A stretch of DNA of 64,000 nt from Psammoneis japonica (Eukaryota). The notes under the pieces are model-generated. The model was not told where the DNA came from and ran no database searches. It worked only from the letters and a program-made list of their open reading frames with translations. Location: contig QPGO01000017.1 in NCBI GenBank assembly GCA_008632985.1, forward strand, positions 682,001 through 746,000, written 5' to 3'. Both the position numbers and the translations under genes were made by a program. The stretch's first letter is position 1, and each line of letters opens with the position of its first letter. Below are positions 1-13,100 of this stretch, in pieces.

Positions 1-1050
1 GATGTCAGAAATTTTCATCTTAAAAGACAATGAGCCTTGAGGAGTTGAGCTTCTCCGTGCAACCAAGACACTTGAGATGAGAAATGAGCACAAGCCCCTG
101 AGAAGTCTCTTGCATGTGTCTCACTGATGACTGCCTTGCAAGCCACAAGCTCTGGCTCAATTGTCTGAGCACAATGCAACAATGCTTCAACCTTCTGACC
201 ATGTTCCAAACATTTCAAGTCAGGACACTTGTCAAGGGCAGCAAATGTTGCAAGCCTTTCAGCAAGTCTCTTGAATGGATGCACCATTTTCTTCTTGCAA
301 TGAGCTGTTTTGACAATGCTTTTGGCCAAAGCAGTGTGCTTGCTTGACTCTCCTTGGCCGTTGCAATGACTGGCTCAAGACCAAAAAGTGAGATGACCAT
401 TCTCTTTGGCATCAAACTCTAAAATCCAAGCCCAGCCAGGGGCATTGACAAGGTGCCCTTTGATCACATGATGCACTTGACAATTGTCTCCTTGAAGGCA
501 GACCCTGTGAGTGGCAGCTGATGCCTGCAATGCTCTTCTTTGTTCACAAAATCATTGGGTGCAACGTGAGCATGACAAATGCATCATAAAGGTGCCTTCA
601 AAGCACCCAACTTTTGTGACAACAAGTTTAAGACCAAATCCTTGTGTGGGTCACAATCTTCAGGCTCAAACTTTTCCAAGTCACTGTGCAAAATGGTTGA
701 ACTCTCCCTCTCCTTTTCAACAAGCTTCAGCTCACCAGCAGTTGCCAAAGCATTTGCAGTCACCTTGGCAGTTGTCAACCGTTGACCATGATGCTGCCTG
801 TCATGAATCCACCACACAAGCACCTGAGTGTGTTTGATTTTAACAGCTCCAAGGTTTGCCCAACCTTCCACATTGGTTGAACAAGTGCTGCAAAGTGCAA
901 AGTGCTTCTCTTCTTTTAAACTTTCCTTCAGGTGTGGTTTTGTCATGGCAACCCAATTTGGGATCATGGATGTTGAGTGGCTTGCATGCTTGTTCACCAA
1001 TTCCAACAGAGCATTGTGATCCCCAGCCAGATGCTCTTGGCATTCATCAT
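1..1050 (-). mobile_element. Degenerate Ty1/copia (CoDi-like) gag fragment
   Basis: Stitched minus-strand frames give ...SHCNGQGESSKHTALAKSIVKTAHCK...HGQKVEALL...KAVISETHARDFSGACAHFSSQV, resembling diatom copia gag (HYxGxGE...QKV..LL...DF..A..Y.S..V) with Tyr->Cys/His. Multiple stops and frameshifts. Confidence 0.45.
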
Positions 1051-1084
1051 AAATGGCAGTGAGTTCAGCCTCAGCCTGTCACCT

Positions 1085-4000
1085 CAGTGAGGACTTCCTT
1101 GACTCCGCATCATGGCCATGCATTGCCACATTGTGTTCCTCCCACAACTCCCACCAGGATTTCCAAATGTGAGTGCCAATCTGCCCTGACCACACTGGCA
1201 GGGCATTGGCTTCACATTGGCATTGGTCTGGAAGGCCAGATTGATTGTTTGAGATGTGTCTCTTGACAAGCATTCGAAGGTTTGAAAAATCTCCCATTGA
1301 AAATTTGGCGCCATCCAACAGAGTTCTGATCTCACCACAGAGGTCAAAGCATGGGCACAATGTCCATGTCACATGACATCACATTCTGAAACCAGGCCTC
1401 AAGTGCTTGCAAAAGGAAATCTTGCAAGGGAGGCATTGCATCAATCTCATCACAGCATTTGCAGAGACCGTGCAGAAATTTGCAATGCCAGGGCTTGTCA
1501 TCTGGACACCGGAGAATGTGGTCTTGATCCTCCATTGGGTGTTCACATGCCAGACAGTGGTCAGGCCACATGAAATTGCACCAGCAGCCAGCAATTTCAT
1601 TTGCAGGAAGAAGGCAATGAATGAGCTTGATGGTGGTGTTGCTTTGAGAAGCAACAGACAAGAGTGGCATGGACCGCCCAGTCAATCTCATCTGTGACAG
1701 ACTCATCCCAGTCATTGTGCTCCCAGATGTAATCCAGCATGGCAGGGGGGGGGCTGTGGCTGTGCAATGAATTACAGGCTTGCATCCAGCTGTGACTGTG
1801 CCACCCAACAGGTTCAAGCATGTCTGACAATGTGGAAGTGGGGTGACGGTCTTTGTGTCAAAGGTTCATTGTCCCTGAAATTGACCAGCCAATTTGGCAT
1901 TGAGCAGAAGAGAAGAAGCAGGCGTGACTTTGTCTTGATGTCCTTTAACCCACTTGGCAATTGGAGCCTTTGCTGGAGTTGACAAGTCCAGGAGAGTGTC
2001 AACATCCCCACAAGACTGACAAATCCCAGTCCAAAGACAAGAAGTTTGTGCCATGAGAACGCAGACCAAAATTGGTCTTGGAAGACAAAGAGAGCAGATC
2101 AATGGCTGGGCAGGAACTTGTTAATTTTTGAAGAACCTTGACCAGGGCCTTGTTGTCACACCAATTGTCATTTCTGTGGCAGTGACATGCTTTGCAAAAT
2201 TTGAGCAATTGACACACAAATCTCAGCAGAGACAATGCTCTGCAGGCTTCTGCATGGTGCAACAAAGGTGCCTGTCCAAAGACTGGCCCAGCCCAATCCA
2301 CAAGGGGACAGTCATTGTCTGCAATGGTCCATCCAAATGCAGTGCTTTGTTGAAGTGCTGAACCATCACTCCCTGCTGCAGTTTTTGCTGCAACCAGGAA
2401 ATTGACACGTGCACTCACTGGTGCATGGAACCCAAGATGTAAAAACAGCAAAGATTCCCATCTTGGCAAGGACTCAAGGCAGTCACAAAAGAAATCTGGG
2501 AGTGGTGTTGGTTGTTCCAGACTCAATTTCAAATGGTGTTGGGCAAACTTCTAACAACCATCCATTGCAGTGCTGAGCTCAACTGAGTGCAAGTCATCAG
2601 ACGGGTGTGGAACTGTCTCAATCTCAGACAAGGACACAGCTTTTGACTGTTCCAGCAAGAACACATCCAAACCTGTTGAAGAGATCAGACACAAAGATGT
2701 GATTCAGCAGGAGAAAAACATGCAGCTGATTGCATGCACATTTCTGATGGAGGGAGCAATTGCCCCCCCAAAGGGTTTCAGAGAAGAGCAGAATCAGGAT
2801 GACAAAGCATGGAGCACAGTTGAATCCATGGATGCCAGGCTTTGTGACAGGGCTTTTCTTGTTTGATGTTGTTGAGGGTGCTGACACCACTGGGGCAGGC
2901 TGGGTTCCCACACATCTGGGACTTGTCCAGCTCTAATCTGTTTGCCAAAGTGATGTCAGACATGGTGAAGACCTTGGGGCAGAGGCAACAACAGTTGATC
3001 CACTTGATTTTCAAGGCCAAAAATTCAGCCAATGCGAAGGCCACATCCACCAAGCATTGGTTGTTGTCACATTGTTGAGGCAATGCTCCATTGCTTGCCA
3101 CCTTGACCCTCCAATGCAGTGCAAGAAGGAACACACTGATGCAAACCACAGCAACTCATTGTGTGGGTGTGGAGTGCTCATGTTGGAAAGAAAACTGACC
3201 CCAGCACCAAGATTCAGCTGCTGCCATGCAATGGCCAAGTGGACGGCCTCAAATGGTTGATCATCCTTGAGCAATGGTTGAGCCCCCCTGGAGTGTTCAA
3301 GCAGCTGTTGAATTTGGGCCAAACCTTGCTCAATGTCTGGGACTAAAACTCCTCTCCATCCAAAGATTGCGGACCATGCAATGCAATTCTCTTGGTGGTT
3401 TGGTCATGACCGCACTTGGCAAAGACAACTTGCATGGTGCATTGCTGTGTCTTTAAGAGAGCCTTCACAGCAAAGTGAGAATTGGCCAAGACAAAAGTGG
3501 TCATTGGCAAATGACAAGCGTGGCAGCAATGCCATGATTCAGAGCATGTCAAAGGGATGGACCATGTGAACAGGGCTTTGTCATCACTCTTGTTTTTCAC
3601 CTCTTGGAGCTCTTTCTTCAGGGTGCCAGCTGCAGCTGCATGGTGGCACAGCATTTTGTGGGAAGCAAACAAAGACAATTGGGGGCTGCATTGGGAAGTG
3701 GAACAATCTGTAAAAAAATTCAATGTGGACGTCTTGATTGTGCAGGTGGAGACTCGGTTTCCCACATTCCAAAAATTCCCATTCTGTTGCATGAAATGAA
3801 CACTTGGGGAGTTCAACTCATGACCACTGGAGTGGAGCAGATCACACCAGAGCTGGTCATCACAATGAAGTTTGAGGGCCAGTTCTTCAACTGAATGTTG
3901 GGGAGAGGCACAAAAGTCATCAACCTGTTCAGACATGTCATCCAGGCATCCGCAAGTAAAGATGTTCAGCTGACAAGATCCATTTGGACTTTCAAAGAAT

Positions 4001-4765
4001 GCACCATGAGCTTTGGAATCAAAGACATCAAACAGAAGGCTGCGCAAATTGTTCCAGATGAAGAGAGAATTGCTGTTGCCCTGGCCTGTGCTGCAAAGAG
4101 GGTGTTTGGGAGAATGAGAGTGCAAGGTCTCAGACAAACCCAAGAGAGTCAACAACCAATGCCCAGCCAAATGAACAGTCATTGTGGCTGCTGCTGCCAC
4201 CTGTGGGTCCACTCTCAAGCTGACCAATGGAATTTTCACTAAGATGAGGAGTTTTTGGTCACAACATGAAGTGCAGTCATTGTCACTTGCAAGCAACATC
4301 TTTTGTGATGCTCAAGAGATTTCCAGCATCAAAATCTCTGGGAACACTGGGGTCTGTGCACACAGAAATGCTCTGGTGCCACATGTTCCGGGGCCAAAAA
4401 CCAGTGGGTCTCCATGTGTTATGTGAGGGCCTTCCATTTCATGCTTGTGGTCAGTTGAAAGCCCGCCTTGTAAATGTGCATCACACACAAGTGATGGATG
4501 CAGTTGTTCCCTGGCTCTTTGAAAATCACAATGTTTGCAACATCTTGCCAACGGTCACATGAGTGACCCCACTTAAGAGCACAATTCAAGAGGTTTAAAT
4601 GGATGGTTTGAAAAGTCTTTTGAATCTGGCCCAGGTGCAATCTCTCTTCAGCAGGATTTCTGAAAGGGTTGGTCAATGAGGAGCAAAGATGATCAGCACA
4701 CATTGCCTTCCAGTGACCAAGATGAAGACCAGACTTGATGGAAGTGGAGGTGGGAGGCAGTCTTC
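1085..4765 (-). mobile_element. Degenerate non-LTR retrotransposon (Ambal-like; RT + RNase H + C-terminal Cys/His region)
   Basis: SGLHLGHWKA (~4720); NCIHHLCVMHIYKAGFQL (cf. LRVIHIYEADYNL); CCDQ (cf. CYDR); STGQGNSNSLFIW; RNase H GSDGS..FGW, WCDNKAL, KWVKGHQD (~1950); CLACEHPMEDQDHILRC (~1530). Heavily frameshifted. Confidence 0.7.
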
Positions 4766-5170
4766 AGCAGGAGCGAAAAGTGGCACTGCTTGCATTTGCA
4801 CGTCAGATGGGTGGATCAATCAATCCCCAGAGAGGCTGTCAACTTGGCAGAGTTGGGATGGTGCAGCAATTTGCACAAACAGATCCCAGAAGTCCCACTT
4901 CAAGCCTGAGCACATGCAGAAAAATGGTGAACACCCACATTGGTGGGAACTGGAGGAGCTTGACTTGGCTCTGAGGAAGGCAGCAGGGCAACAACAGACT
5001 CTTGAGAAATTTCCAAAATGTGGAGGGAACTCCAGCTGTGGATGCCAGCTGATGGGATCAAATTGTTTGCTGCACCAGACATGCCATCTGAGACACCAGG
5101 AATCATTGAGCAGGGGTGGCCCATGTGCAGACGCATCATCTTCTGGAAGATCACTGACTGTGCCTGGGAG
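4766..5170. repeat. ~405 bp dispersed direct repeat, copy 1 (copy 2 at 8082-8486)
   Basis: Near-collinear match agcaggagc...tgcctgggag. Differences are mostly transitions, including reciprocal TG/CA. Confidence 0.9.
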
Positions 5171-5399
5171 ATTCTTTTGCTTTCCTTCCACCTGTTTAAG
5201 TCCATGAGCACTCCTGCAATCCTCAATTCTCCACTCACCTTCCTTTTCATTGCCCATGTTAAACTTAGAATCTTCACATCTTCCAGGACATCTTGTGCAC
5301 CACAAATGCTCCACTCCAGCTGCTTTGCCCCAGCACAGAGCACCAGCTGGCTTCATGGCTTCATTGCATCTCATGACTTTTGATTTTGATGTGTTCTTC

Positions 5400-6130
5400 T
5401 GAATCTTCCACCTGGCCCAGCTCCAACCAATGGTGGATCATGCAGCTCTGGTGCAGCAGAAGCATGTCTTGTCCATGCAAAGCTTGTCATCACAGCACGC
5501 CAGAAGAGCAGCAGCCAAACCCACTGGCAAAACCAGGTCTTGCACTCAATGGTGCACTGAAGCTGGCTGCATGCATGCCATGCAATGGACTGAAGAATTG
5601 AGCAGTGCTCTGGCAAAAGATGGATGAGAAGGTCTTGCCACAGTTGGACAAAATCATGAAGCAGATGGAAGCAGATGTTAAAGCAGATGCCAAAGCAGCA
5701 TCAAGAGAGACTTTAGAAGAGGCAAATGAACTTTGTGCCAAGTCTCAAAAACGTGAAAGCTCACATTTGAAATGCCAAGAATGACTGTGCCTCTGATGCT
5801 GAGCAAGCTCTTGTTGAAGCCTCCTGCCAGTGCACAAAAAAAAAAGCCCAGGTGTGAAGGTGCTGGAGCCTGGAGAAGATGAGCAAGAGTCATGGTAAAA
5901 GAAGGCAAGCTTTTGTCCAAACAAGACATTGTCAACCACAGTGAGGCATGTGTCAAGCCTGGGTGTGACTGCTTCATTGACAAAATCACTGACCCAAGTG
6001 GACCATGCCCCAGTGCTGTGAATCCCTTCTGGACAGCTGAGTTGTTCAACCCACTCACAAAAATGAATCATGAGTCTGTCTGTGAAACAGAGGATCTTGT
6101 GGATCAGTGTGTGCTGCTCAAGTTTCAAAT
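5400..6130 (+). mobile_element. Possible degenerate hAT-like transposase fragment
   Basis: HSEACVKPGCDCF...FWTAELFNP resembles a YAKACVxPGxDYF...FKAARLFxP segment I recall from hAT-like transposases. Weak match. Confidence 0.25.
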
Positions 6131-6329
6131 GAAGAGCCACTGCTCCTTTGCCAGCTGTGCTTGTGGCAGCCACCCCACACATTTTCCAGCGCACTCAACA
6201 AGCATGGCAGAAGGGGACAAGGACCAGCCAGGATGGGTGTTGCCTTCCAGTGATGTGCCCCACCAAAGTGGCTGTCAATGGAGAGGGGGCCACAAAGTGC
6301 AGTGTGCTTTGCTTTCTTGACTTTGGCTT

Positions 6330-8010
6330 TCAATTGTGGTTTGCCATGGCTGCCTGATTCTGATTTCTGGATTTGCCATGTGTCATGTGCTCAGCCAGGG
6401 AATCCATGAGATTTTTTCTGTCTTTCACAAGGTGTTCTTGGCATTTGATGCATGTGGTGGTGCGCTCAGCCTCAGCTTGTTGGTTTTGAGAGGACAGGAT
6501 TTGCAAGTGCCCACATCATGTCTGTGGGCTACCTTGTCATGCTTCACATGTGCAATCCAACCCAAGCCACCCAAACAGGGGGGACCATTCTCTTTGTGAT
6601 GTTGGCCCAGAAGACTCAACTCACAAAGATGCAGCAGCTCCTGAAAGGCACTCCACAAAGTTGAGTGGTGCCCCCTGAAAAATTGCTGCAAACTGATGCC
6701 AGGCTGAGCTCTCCACAGCAGACAAAGCATGGGGCACACTTTGAACTCATGAGCCATCTCGTCATGAAGCCAAGCCTCAAGAGATGACAAACAGAGTTCC
6801 CACCAATCTTGTCACAATGCTTGCAAAGGCCTTGAAGAAAGGCCCATCACCTGGCTTTGTTGTTTGGACATTTAAGTGTGTGGTCCCTGTCCTCCATTGG
6901 GTGCCCACATGCAAGGCAACAGTGTGGTCTCACTGCATTGCATTGGTTGGTGATCTTGCTTGTTGCAGGGAGCAATCCATGAGTTGGGTCCTTGGCTGTT
7001 GACACACGCTTCTCAGAAAAGCTTTGGACAAGTTGGTGTGCACATTCCAGTCAATCTTGTCAGCAACAGATTTGTCCCAATTGTTTCTTTCACCGACACA
7101 CTCTGTGAAGGCAGGGGCTGCAGCTGCATGACAGACTGATGCCTTTGATCTGGCAGCCACCATGCAATCTGAAAGGCTGAGGCATGCTTGGCAATGGGGA
7201 GTGGGTGTCACTTGAGTCACATTTCTGGTGTGTTCATCTTGGTGTTGACCAGCCAATTTGTCTGCTCACATGTCAACCTGAGCATTTGATGATGCCAGAG
7301 CATGTCAATCCTGGTGACCCTTGACCCACAGAGTGGTTGGTGCCTGGCCTGGAAAGGAAGTGCACACCAACAAAGCAACTGTTGGCGGAGGTCTTGCAGG
7401 CTTTGTTGATGACAAAACATGGGTGCCATGATGTCGGCAGTTAAAATCTTTCTCTGGATGAGCTTGAGAAGAGGGTTGATGGCTGGTCTTGAGATGGACA
7501 GGCAATTGAGGACACTTGCCAGTGTGTGGTTGTCACACCAGTTGTCCATGGCTTTGCAGCAAGCAACCCAACAGAACTCAAGGACCCAACACACAAATCG
7601 CACAAGGGAGAGCACTCCACAAGCTTCTGTGTGGTGTGTAAAGACAGGGACCACCCAAAACCCAGCTGTGCACAAACAACCAAGGGGACACCATCAATCA
7701 TTGAAGTCCACCACCCAAAGGCTGCACTCTGAAGACATGCAGATCCATCGCCCCCCAGATGTGGTGTGCTGTTTGGACACCAGGCAACCAACCTGGTCAC
7801 AGAGGGGGATGCATGAAACTCTGGGTCCAAGAAGAGATTAGATTCCACAGAGAGAGAGCCTGCAGGTGCTCTAAAAAAATGAGGAAGAGGTGAGAGGGTT
7901 TCCAGTTCAATTTTTGATTGGTGGGGGGCAAGCTGCTGTGAGCCATCATCAAAGGAAGCAAAAATCTCAACATGGAAGGACTCTTCAGACAGGACCAGAA
8001 TGTTCTCCAT
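6330..8010 (-). mobile_element. Second Ambal-like LINE fragment (RNase H and C-terminus)
   Basis: GGDGSACLQSAAFGW, TEACGVLSLVRF, WCDNHTL, WVKGHQD (~7310) and a C..CGHPMEDRDH motif; paralogous to 1100-2550. Confidence 0.7.
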
Positions 8011-8081
8011 TTAGTGCAGTGTCAATGCCTTCTCATTTTGGACTGAAATGATGTCAAAACTTGCCGGAGACCAAACACATT

Positions 8082-8486
8082 AGCAGGAGCAAAAAGTGGC
8101 ACTGCTTGCATTTGTGCATCAGATGGGGGGATCAATCAATCTCCTGGAGGGGCTGTCAACTTGGCAGAGTTGGGATGGCACAGCAATTTGGACAAACAGA
8201 TCCAGAAGCCCCACTTCAAGCCTGAGCAAATGCAGAAAAATGGCGAACACCCACATTGGTGGGAACTGGAGGAGCCTGACTTGGCTCTGAGGAAGGCAGC
8301 AGGGCAACAACAGACTCTTGAGAAATTTCCAAAATGTCAAGGGAACTCCAGCTGTGGGTGCCAGCTGATGGGATCAAATTGTTTGCTGTGCCAGACATGC
8401 CATCTGAGACACCAGGAATCATTGAGCAGGGGTGGCCCATGTGCAGATGCATCATCTTCTGGAAGTTCATTGACCATGCCTGGGAG
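8082..8486. repeat. ~405 bp dispersed direct repeat, copy 2
   Basis: Aligns with 4766-5170. Confidence 0.9.
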
Positions 8487-9714
8487 GTTCTGAGCAATGT
8501 GCTGGCAAACCTCCTTGCATTGTGTCTTGTGCACAAGGGCATTGCAATGAGGAAATGTGGTCACCTCCTTGCAGGCAATGATGTCCAAAACTCCTTCAAT
8601 GAGCTGAGCTTGGGACCAGGTGGAACTCAATGGCTTCTGTGCAGCAAACAATTGGAATGACACAATTTTTTACTGCCAGGGTGGCCGCTCTGGTGTTGAG
8701 CAGCCTTGTCATGCTCTTCTGGACAAGAGCGTTGCCAATGGGACAGAGTCAAGATTGCTCTGTGATTGAGGACATCTCCATCGGCAGCACATCCATCTGA
8801 CAAAAGACTGTTGACTCTGTCATTGAGATGGAAGGTCACTGCATTGGACATGTCAATTGTGACCACCTGGGATGACTGTGTGCCAGAGTCTTGCATTGAG
8901 CAAACCAGCAGCTTCAACAGAGAATTGTTTGTGCCCATCATGTGCACCTTGGAGATTGGCAACGAGTTGTGGCTGCCATCAACACACACAATGCTCACAA
9001 CATCACAGTCATCATCAGCTCAAATGGCATGAAGCACTCTTCCATGCCTGCCATCACCTTTCTTTACTCGTCCCTTTGCCCTTGCCTTGGCTTGATTTTT
9101 GTTGCTGGTGGTTGATCCTCCTTTGTTGCCTTTCCCTGCACACAGCAAAACTTTGGCTGCATCAGGTTGAGAGGAGGTGCCACCCAATCCATCAGGTCTG
9201 CAGTCACTTGCTGCCATCTGCCACTGCAGGCTGCCAATTGCACCAAAAATTGCCAATCACCCCAGTCACAGCTTCAGCCACATTTGGAGCCAAGAATGTC
9301 ACAGCATTTGGGCATCATCTCCTTTAGAATGGACATGGCTTTTGAGCTTCACATCAAGTGCACCTTCAGCAACATCTGGCATTCAAAACAAAGTCAGCAT
9401 TGAAGAACATGGCTTGGAGTGTTGCGCTGACAGCTTCTCCTGTTGGCACTCAAGCACACAATCCCGGTGGCAAGCAGCAGCCTGACTTCAAGATTGCATG
9501 GAGGAAACCTGGAAAAGTGAGATTCCGTTTTGGCAAAGAGTGCATTTTTTCTACAATGGAGCTCATTGCAATTCTGCATTGTGGTGAGAGCAGAATGTCT
9601 TGTGTGGTGAGAGCAGAAATCTTGCAAACTGCACGCATGGACAACAACAGACGATTTGTGCACCTCTGACCCACCGCGTGCCAGCATGCACTCACTCAAC
9701 CAATGAACCAATGG

Positions 9715-10188
9715 AGTCAAAGCTCCCGTGTGCGCTGAGCTCCGAGTGCCTTCCCAACCTGTCAACTGGATGTCCACTCCAGACTGACACCTCAGGCAAA
9801 ACACAAGCAGAAGGTGTCTGCCAAGGAGCAGCAACAAACATTCAGTCAAATTGTCTTCACAAAACCACTGGTGACCAAGTTGTGAGCCACCTAGACTGAA
9901 TCTGGTGAGTGCACCAAATTTGGGTTTATCCGCACATTTGCACTGGAGACTGGCACAAGCTTCAGGGTCAACCACTTCCACAACAATCATCCAAGTGCTG
10001 CTGAGCCAATCTGTGGTTGGTCCAACATCTGTGCAATGCCTGTGATTCCCAAAGCAGCATCCATGATCCTCAAAGCATGCAGCTTCAGAGTTGAGTCCAT
10101 GTGGTGTGAAAAGAACTTCAACAAGAATTCTGACCGACGGCAGTGCAGACACAATGGAGAATTTGGGTTGGTGGACAGATGACCCACA
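9715..10188 (-). repeat. 3' LTR of the 9.7-17.4 kb copia
   Basis: Follows the PPT and aligns with ~16987-17388 over ~390 bp. The left boundary is approximate. Confidence 0.7.
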
Positions 10189-13100
10189 ACTCTCCCTCTC
10201 ATTCACAGATTCTCCCAACCAACAAAGAAATTGCAAATGAGAAAGCTCACACAATTGACACAAGTTCAGAGCAAAGCTCCTGCATCTTGACCAAGCCACA
10301 ACATGCAACAAATGAAGGAAGCAATGCTCCCAACAGACTGCCACCCCTGGACCTTCAACCAGTTGTTCTAGAAGAGCTCTTGAGTCAAAGGCTTTGTAAG
10401 AAAGTCAGCAAGTTGATCAGCCAATTCCACCTTGAACACATCAAACTTGTCACAATGGAACCAGAGCCAATGCCACTTGATGAGAAAACACTTGGTGCAA
10501 TTTGTGATGTGGTGGTTGGCACCCAGACAGGAAGCGCCTTGATTGTCTTTGAACATGCGGGCACAAACAGAGGTCCTGAGATCTTGGGGAATGTCCAAGG
10601 TGGAGATGATCTCAAGGAGCATGTTCTTTTGGGATGGGAGTGTTCAAAGAGCACAGGAGGTGGCTTGGCACTTGGCTTCAAGGGTGGAGCATGCAATGGC
10701 TGACTGGAGCTGCAATTTTTTCTACACCAAAGGACATCCACTGAGAGTGTGAGACATCCGGTGCAAGACTTGATCAAACTTGGATCCAAATCCTCTTTGC
10801 AGTGGCAGAGACAAGCAAAATTGGCATCAACCTACAAGTCAGGATCCAAACAACCGGTTGGAGACAGAAGCATTCCCTGATCACCTGTCCTCTTGAGGCA
10901 TCGGACGAGAGTCTTGACTGTGGCAGCGCACAACTGCTTTGGGTTGGAATTGAAGTGTGCAACCTGACTGATGGCAAGAAACATGTCAGGACAGGTGTCA
11001 GCAGACAAGCACAGCAGCTTTCTGACAATGAAGGGACAACTCCAATCCTCCTGTGTGGGTTCCCTGTTCGGATTGCTGCTGAGAGCCTGAGATGTTGCGG
11101 GAAGCAAGTTTAGTTTGCAGACAGTCAAACCAGCAGCAGCCAATGTCTTGTCAATCAAACACCTTTGCAACAACTTGACAGCACGATTGTCCCGTCTTTT
11201 GAACTTGATGCCCAGGAACTTGGTGAAACTGCCCTCTTTCATCAATTCAAATCCTTTCTCGCGCAGCTGAGATGTCACTTGATTGATGGTGGACTCCTGT
11301 GCTGCACTGACACCACAATCATTGATGCACAGACAGACCATGCAATCTTCGCGGAGCAGAAGGCATTGGTTGCACTCACTCTGGATGAATCCCAAGTCCA
11401 AGAAAGCCTGCAGACAATGCTCATGCCACAATTTGGGAGCCAAAGAGAGTCCATGGAGACTCTTGACAAGCTTGAGGCAGGTTCTGGAACCTTTGTTGAG
11501 CTGAAGCCTTGTGGAAGCTGAATCCAAACTGGCTGGTTCCTCCATGGGAAGTGCAGCTCAAACAAAAGCAGACTGGAAATTGGCAGATGCTGCACCATCC
11601 AAGAATCAAACTGAGTTCCAAGAATGCTCAAAATGTGCTCCAAGCAACAAGAGGAGCACAAGTGTTGAACAGGCTCCCTTCCTGCAAATCACCTCAACAG
11701 CAGTGGTGAGCCTTGCATTTCTTGATTTCACCTGATGGCAACCACTTGCAACAAAACACCCAAGCACCAGGAAGGATCTTGGTTTGAGCTTCAGACATGG
11801 GTGCTTCTTGCCACATTCCTTGATGCACATGAGCAGCAATCTCTGTCTTGGCTGCTTTCAACCACTTGTCACAATCAGGAGATCGCATGGCCTTGTCCCA
11901 TGACAGCGCAGCACACCAATGCCTTGCACACGGAGGGCATTGTAATGGACACATTGCAGCCATGACAGAACTTGCATGCATGATGGAAGTCAACAAAATG
12001 GGACAGGTGTCCATGCCCCTGAGAACCATCACAACCAAACTGATCAGGGGCAGCATGATTTCTGGTGGAACGCCAAGCTGGAGCAGGAGAGGGGCGTTTC
12101 ATGCTGGGTGGAGGCACTGGAGGTGACTCCCTCTCTTGACCAAGACCCAAAGAAAAATTTTGAGGGGCAGGAGACTCCCTCTGAGGACTTGGAGACAGAC
12201 TCAAGCTGCCAACAGGTGTGCTCTCCCTCTGAGGTGAGTCTGAAACCACGGGTTCAGTGGGAGACTCCAACAGTGGCAGGGACTCCATGGCAGGAGCCGG
12301 TGGCTCCACAAGAGGACTTGAGGGAGGCTCAGGAGGAGATGCTGGCGCTTGAGCAGCCAGAGGAGGCACCTGGAGTGGGTTGGGAGGTGACCGGCGGGTG
12401 ATGGTCTCCTGAACTTCTTCTGACCGTCATTCGCATTCAAGGCATTCTTGACAAATGTCAACATCAGCCTGCTCCTCATTGTCCACAGTGTGTTGTCACA
12501 CACTGTCTCCAAAAAGAGATGTCCATTCCGGAGATCCAACAGCAGGTGACAAGTCCACATTGGCTGGGACTGCAGCAAACCAATCATCAAAAAGGACGTG
12601 AAATTGTGGAGTGATGGCTCCTTTTTCAAGACTCAAAACTGGCAGGACTGACAATGCATGCTTGGATCTAAGTCCCACGCAGACATGCCAACTCATGCAG
12701 GGTTTCCACTTTGGCAGTTTTTCCCATCAGCAATTTTCTTGTCAAGAACATAAACAGGGCACCCCCAAACTTGGCAATTCTGGAACGGAGAGCAAGGATT
12801 TTAGGTCTGGGTGAACACATCCTGCAGACTAAGACCCGTGGAAGGGTCAGGCATTGTGTTGCACAACATGACAGCATGATCCACAGCAAGTGGCCAAAGG
12901 GTGGCATCAGCAACATCAGGCCAATGAATCACAGTGTGCAACATCATTGTTCTTGAGATTGACATGATGGTGTGCATTGCGCATTTGGTCAAGCCATTGT
13001 GGTGGTGAGCACCTGCCCCAGCATGCCTTGACACTTGAGCAAAGGACTCCAGATGAACCCAATGATCAGCCAATGTAAGTGCCTTTCCATTGTCACTCTC

